Assembly: GCA_051362555.1 (NCBI GenBank)
Contig: CM120649.1
Span: 14,136,001-14,200,000, forward strand
Reading direction: 5' to 3'
From: Lingula anatina
Lineage: Eukaryota; Animalia; Brachiopoda
DNA: 64,000 bases
A model generated the notes under the pieces. The model saw only the letters and a program-made list of their open reading frames with translations, had not been told where the DNA came from and did not search any database. This document shows positions 63,101 through 64,000 of this stretch, in pieces; position 1 is the stretch's first letter, and the number at the start of each line of letters is the position of its first letter. Position numbers and translations under genes: made by a program.

Positions 63101-63844
63101 GTTCCGGTGCTGTCCACAGAAGAGCTGAACAAAATTGAAATTGTTATTACAATCATGCGTTGTAACAACCGCAAATTCAACAAACCACAAAAGCATCAGT
63201 ACAACCAATATGCCTTTATTGCCTGATGATCCCCGCAAGAAAACGCAGTAGATACTCCAGCGCAGTAGACTACTGCAATCATACTGCAAACCGCAGTAGA
63301 CTACTGAAATCATACTGCAAACATGCTTCAAATCTGCTTCGATTTAGGAACTAATTAGCATATTTGAAACATGCTTCTATCATGCTGCTAATCTACTGCA
63401 TTAATGTTCCTCTCTGTACAAAGCTATGTACTTTTTGGAGTAGAATTGCAGTAGGCTATGCTGCATTTCTACTGCAAATATGCTCCACACCACTGCTGCG
63501 TTAATGCTTTTTTGCTACTTCGATACTACTGCATTTTCGTGCGTGGAGTAACAGAGCAACATATTTTTGTGTTTGTCTATTTGGTGCCTTCTTCAATGAA
63601 ATTGAGTAGACGACATTTTTTGTCTCAAAATGGTATTTTGTGAGACCTGCCCCAAGCACAATTGTAGTTGATAATGCTTACATGCATATTTTTTGTACGT
63701 GTCTGTGGTTGCCTCTTCTCCAAGTCTTAACTTCCATAGGCCATAGTCTGTGAGTTTACACACCCAGCGGCTGTCCACAACACAGTGGGAACTCTTAAGG
63801 CGACCATGGACGCGCAGCGGACTCTTGTGGAGGTAGATTAGTCC
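50842..63844 (-). CDS. Receptor (transmembrane-type) guanylyl cyclase, natriuretic-peptide-receptor-like, 3' part (continues beyond window end)
   Basis: Exons (minus strand) 63844-63682, 63124-62972, 62357-62183, 61691-61551, 61318-61195, 60918-60850, 52344-52170, 51825-51727, 51325-51234, 50949-50842 (TAA), all phase-consistent. Kinase-homology motifs [16 protein letters not shown] and [10 protein letters not shown], hinge MEQYANDLE...LLYQMLP, cyclase motifs [24 protein letters not shown] and [16 protein letters not shown]. Confidence 0.95.
51387..51643. mobile_element. Palindromic Tourist/Harbinger-like MITE in a guanylyl cyclase intron
   Basis: 257-bp near-perfect foldback ggcttcgttcacatgcaatgtc...gacattgcatgtgaacgaagcc with TTA TSD. 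Empty site at about 38188. Confidence 0.92.
53961..54317 (-). pseudogene. env-like remnant of the Gypsy element
   Basis: Splice acceptor at 54318 with a TACTAAC branch point. Hydrophobic signal [16 protein letters not shown], then IHRVNYGT / frameshift / [24 protein letters not shown]. The remainder is lost. Confidence 0.6.
54833..58810 (-). CDS. pol: Gypsy Pol (PR-RT-RH-IN-chromodomain)
   Basis: Open from the codon after the gag stop. Motifs LVDTGA and ILGLDFL (PR), SPWSSP...DYRKLN...YIDD (RT), TDAS...TDHQAL...ADALSR (RH), HHCC plus D,D,E core, GPY, and a terminal chromodomain. Confidence 0.95.
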   Translation of the reverse strand, partial: RLKARKNEKAVGTLSNSVKQNSIFISAQNCRIDTLVDTGASVSCISKDVLHKMGISLSQLAPPSHLKTIIGVGGVSQNILGVLRVQFYIGKAKFTHNFQVIPKLTRPAILGLDFLHNHGATLNLSTQELILRNPDITVPFTVSDQLGLARNTSTVTIAPHTEQLVRVHVSRVHLKSQVSTLVLLEPTNIVSTLLGASSVNALSTRYCFYRMANVTPNAITIRRNTILAKASRIDSSMVNQIDFTSSPAPPIPPASPQNKQAALSLGIPFDLTHLSQNQQNQLLCLIGSNKDIFASDLSEIGHVPLYKHTIETDGHPPIAQRFYRASPQAKAEIDRQIDKMLRHDIIEPSTSPWSSPVVLVKKKQGDFRFAIDYRKLNAVTKTISFPLPRLEDIFDSVADSKATYFSLMDINTAFWTVGLSDDSKEKSAFVTHSGQYQFKRMAFGLKNAPSSYQYLLSNLFRHLNWKSVIIYIDDILSYSKTFEEHLLHLQEVFHILRQANLKLKPSKCTFAMPKVLYLGHYVSKQGIEVDPSKTEAVKTFPQPKNVKQVRSFLGLCNWYRRFIKGFSTIAKPLNALLQKDVKFQWSEECETAFTTLKHRLINPPILKFPDMSKPFILTTDASGHALGYILGQLDDSGRETVICYGGRSLTPAEKLYPITQLECLAVLEGVRTYQTYLLNQPFVIYTDHQALKWLKQVKHTTPRLIRWALALQEYDYTIHHRPGDKNPADALSRRDYDAPVPKVTDDDSPLLGKAKDENEAPVRTIVEQPPIPSSTVHILTEIISETQPDVFSAISHSDKDSLSQLALAQRQCADFQHIISYLETDTLPSDPKLARKTVYESDQYIMDGDLLFHIYQPRSKNASLADKKIIRQLAVPTPYRDDVLHAYHDSLAAGAHFAFDRSYELIRHRFYWPRMYSEIMQYVKTCEPCQKAKRHHGQRPAPLQPLPIVGVWDRLHMDILGPLPKSTEGYKYILLVVCSFSAWPEAFPLRTQTAEEIAHVLYSEIFCRFGAPRVIVSDRGRNFTSLLIQTLSDLFHVKRSLTSAYHPASNAVVERNNQSIAQSLRIYCNEAQDNWPSILPGVMMALRATPATESTEFSPFHLMFGREMNTPLESILKPPDHLPSSVEDYIDNIQRNLETARKIAHDNRLRAQGKYTRNFDRTANPPPFHIGDRVLLKWSRVKPGKSPKLTSKFVGPYYITDRVSSYTFLLRDCKNNKAHPSPIHANRLKLYKDPQDRPLRPQQPLPIPNQADPAPAPPADEPPPVPDEWFDVEKLLKCKNIRGVKHYLVKWKGYTPTWEPHFNVAPSLIREFHIHKTLSGKSRKR
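58811..59761 (-). CDS. gag: Gypsy Gag
   Basis: 316-aa ORF with PEKFTG...[10 protein letters not shown], an MHR-like Q...QPVQDYI, and zinc knuckles CNGC..H..C and [14 protein letters not shown]. Confidence 0.93.
   Translation of the reverse strand: MTADSHLMPEKFTGSTHEDYNRWLAHFKNYAAYRGLSDEQQRSAFPLLLRGAALDWYDTLPEEHRRDMTTIELAFTRRFRPTESAKWVAVSNLFHKTQSPSQPVQDYIAEMRREAARVQLPEEQAIQAILHGLLPEVRPFVAQHEPHTFEELIARARQAETAIQPSSSPSATLTALSTQLSEIKEKISQLSTSPPTPATVNPVQPTATYPQNPNFQRQPPSTHFQNAYPEYIPHGQFQQPRRSHNGPPPPRFQGRAGARQLNRRGNRQFAMNQETPSCNGCGMSHLRKFCPASHLTCRNCGRIGHLARVCRSGRRQ
59766..60065 (-). CDS. Gypsy leader ORF (99 aa, S/P/T-rich) whose first 21 codons form the predicted env leader exon
   Basis: ATG 60065 lies just after the PBS, and the ORF ends 4 nt before the gag ATG. 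It contains the consensus donor CAG|GTGAGT at 60002/60001. Confidence 0.55.
   Translation of the reverse strand: MFSRPENYWSTPLANTRHKKAGESRTSIPVKEPTSPPSAHTSPTSSRSASPALSQLNDITDPTVIQPLESSVSDTESSTPADSARNSPIPPTSPTACPR
63231..63546. mobile_element. MITE, same family as 44078-44363 (inverted)
   Basis: Reverse-complement match over the whole length, with a small internal duplication. Confidence 0.82.
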
Positions 63845-64000
63845 CTAGAGGTTAAAAAACGAATTTAATAAGACAAAGAGAATCATGAACGCACATGTAT
63901 CAGGGAGCGTTCAGATACCTCCATCGCACTAGCTAGATGGATCCAACTCTGCGGCGATTTCACTTAAGTGCAGTCAATGTAATCGCTTTTATTGTTTAAC

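Overview
This is an AT-rich, intron-containing animal (invertebrate-type) genomic window, not a prokaryotic one. It holds three intact six-exon secreted proteinase-K-type S8 protease paralogues (4442-7168, 26573-31404, 43140-47837, + strand). A predicted 800-aa ankyrin-repeat / death-like / TIR / coiled-coil gene (11073-20027, +) has each of its 14 ankyrin repeats on a separate 99-nt phase-0 exon. These repeats vary mainly at the binding-surface positions, and a duplicated promoter with six NF-kB-type sites lies upstream. The 3' part of a receptor guanylyl cyclase (50842-63844, -) carries a very young Gypsy LTR element in an intron (52781-60778). That element has an in-frame CAA-TGA-CGG gag-pol junction, a chromodomain integrase and a spliced but broken env-like ORF. 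There is also an internally deleted BEL/Pao element with VNTR-bearing LTRs (33349-37933), a tandem segmental duplication (about 21.5-38.5 kb versus 38.5-51.9 kb), several MITEs and two LINE fragments. All gene models were assembled by eye from splice signals and frame consistency, and no database searches were run.
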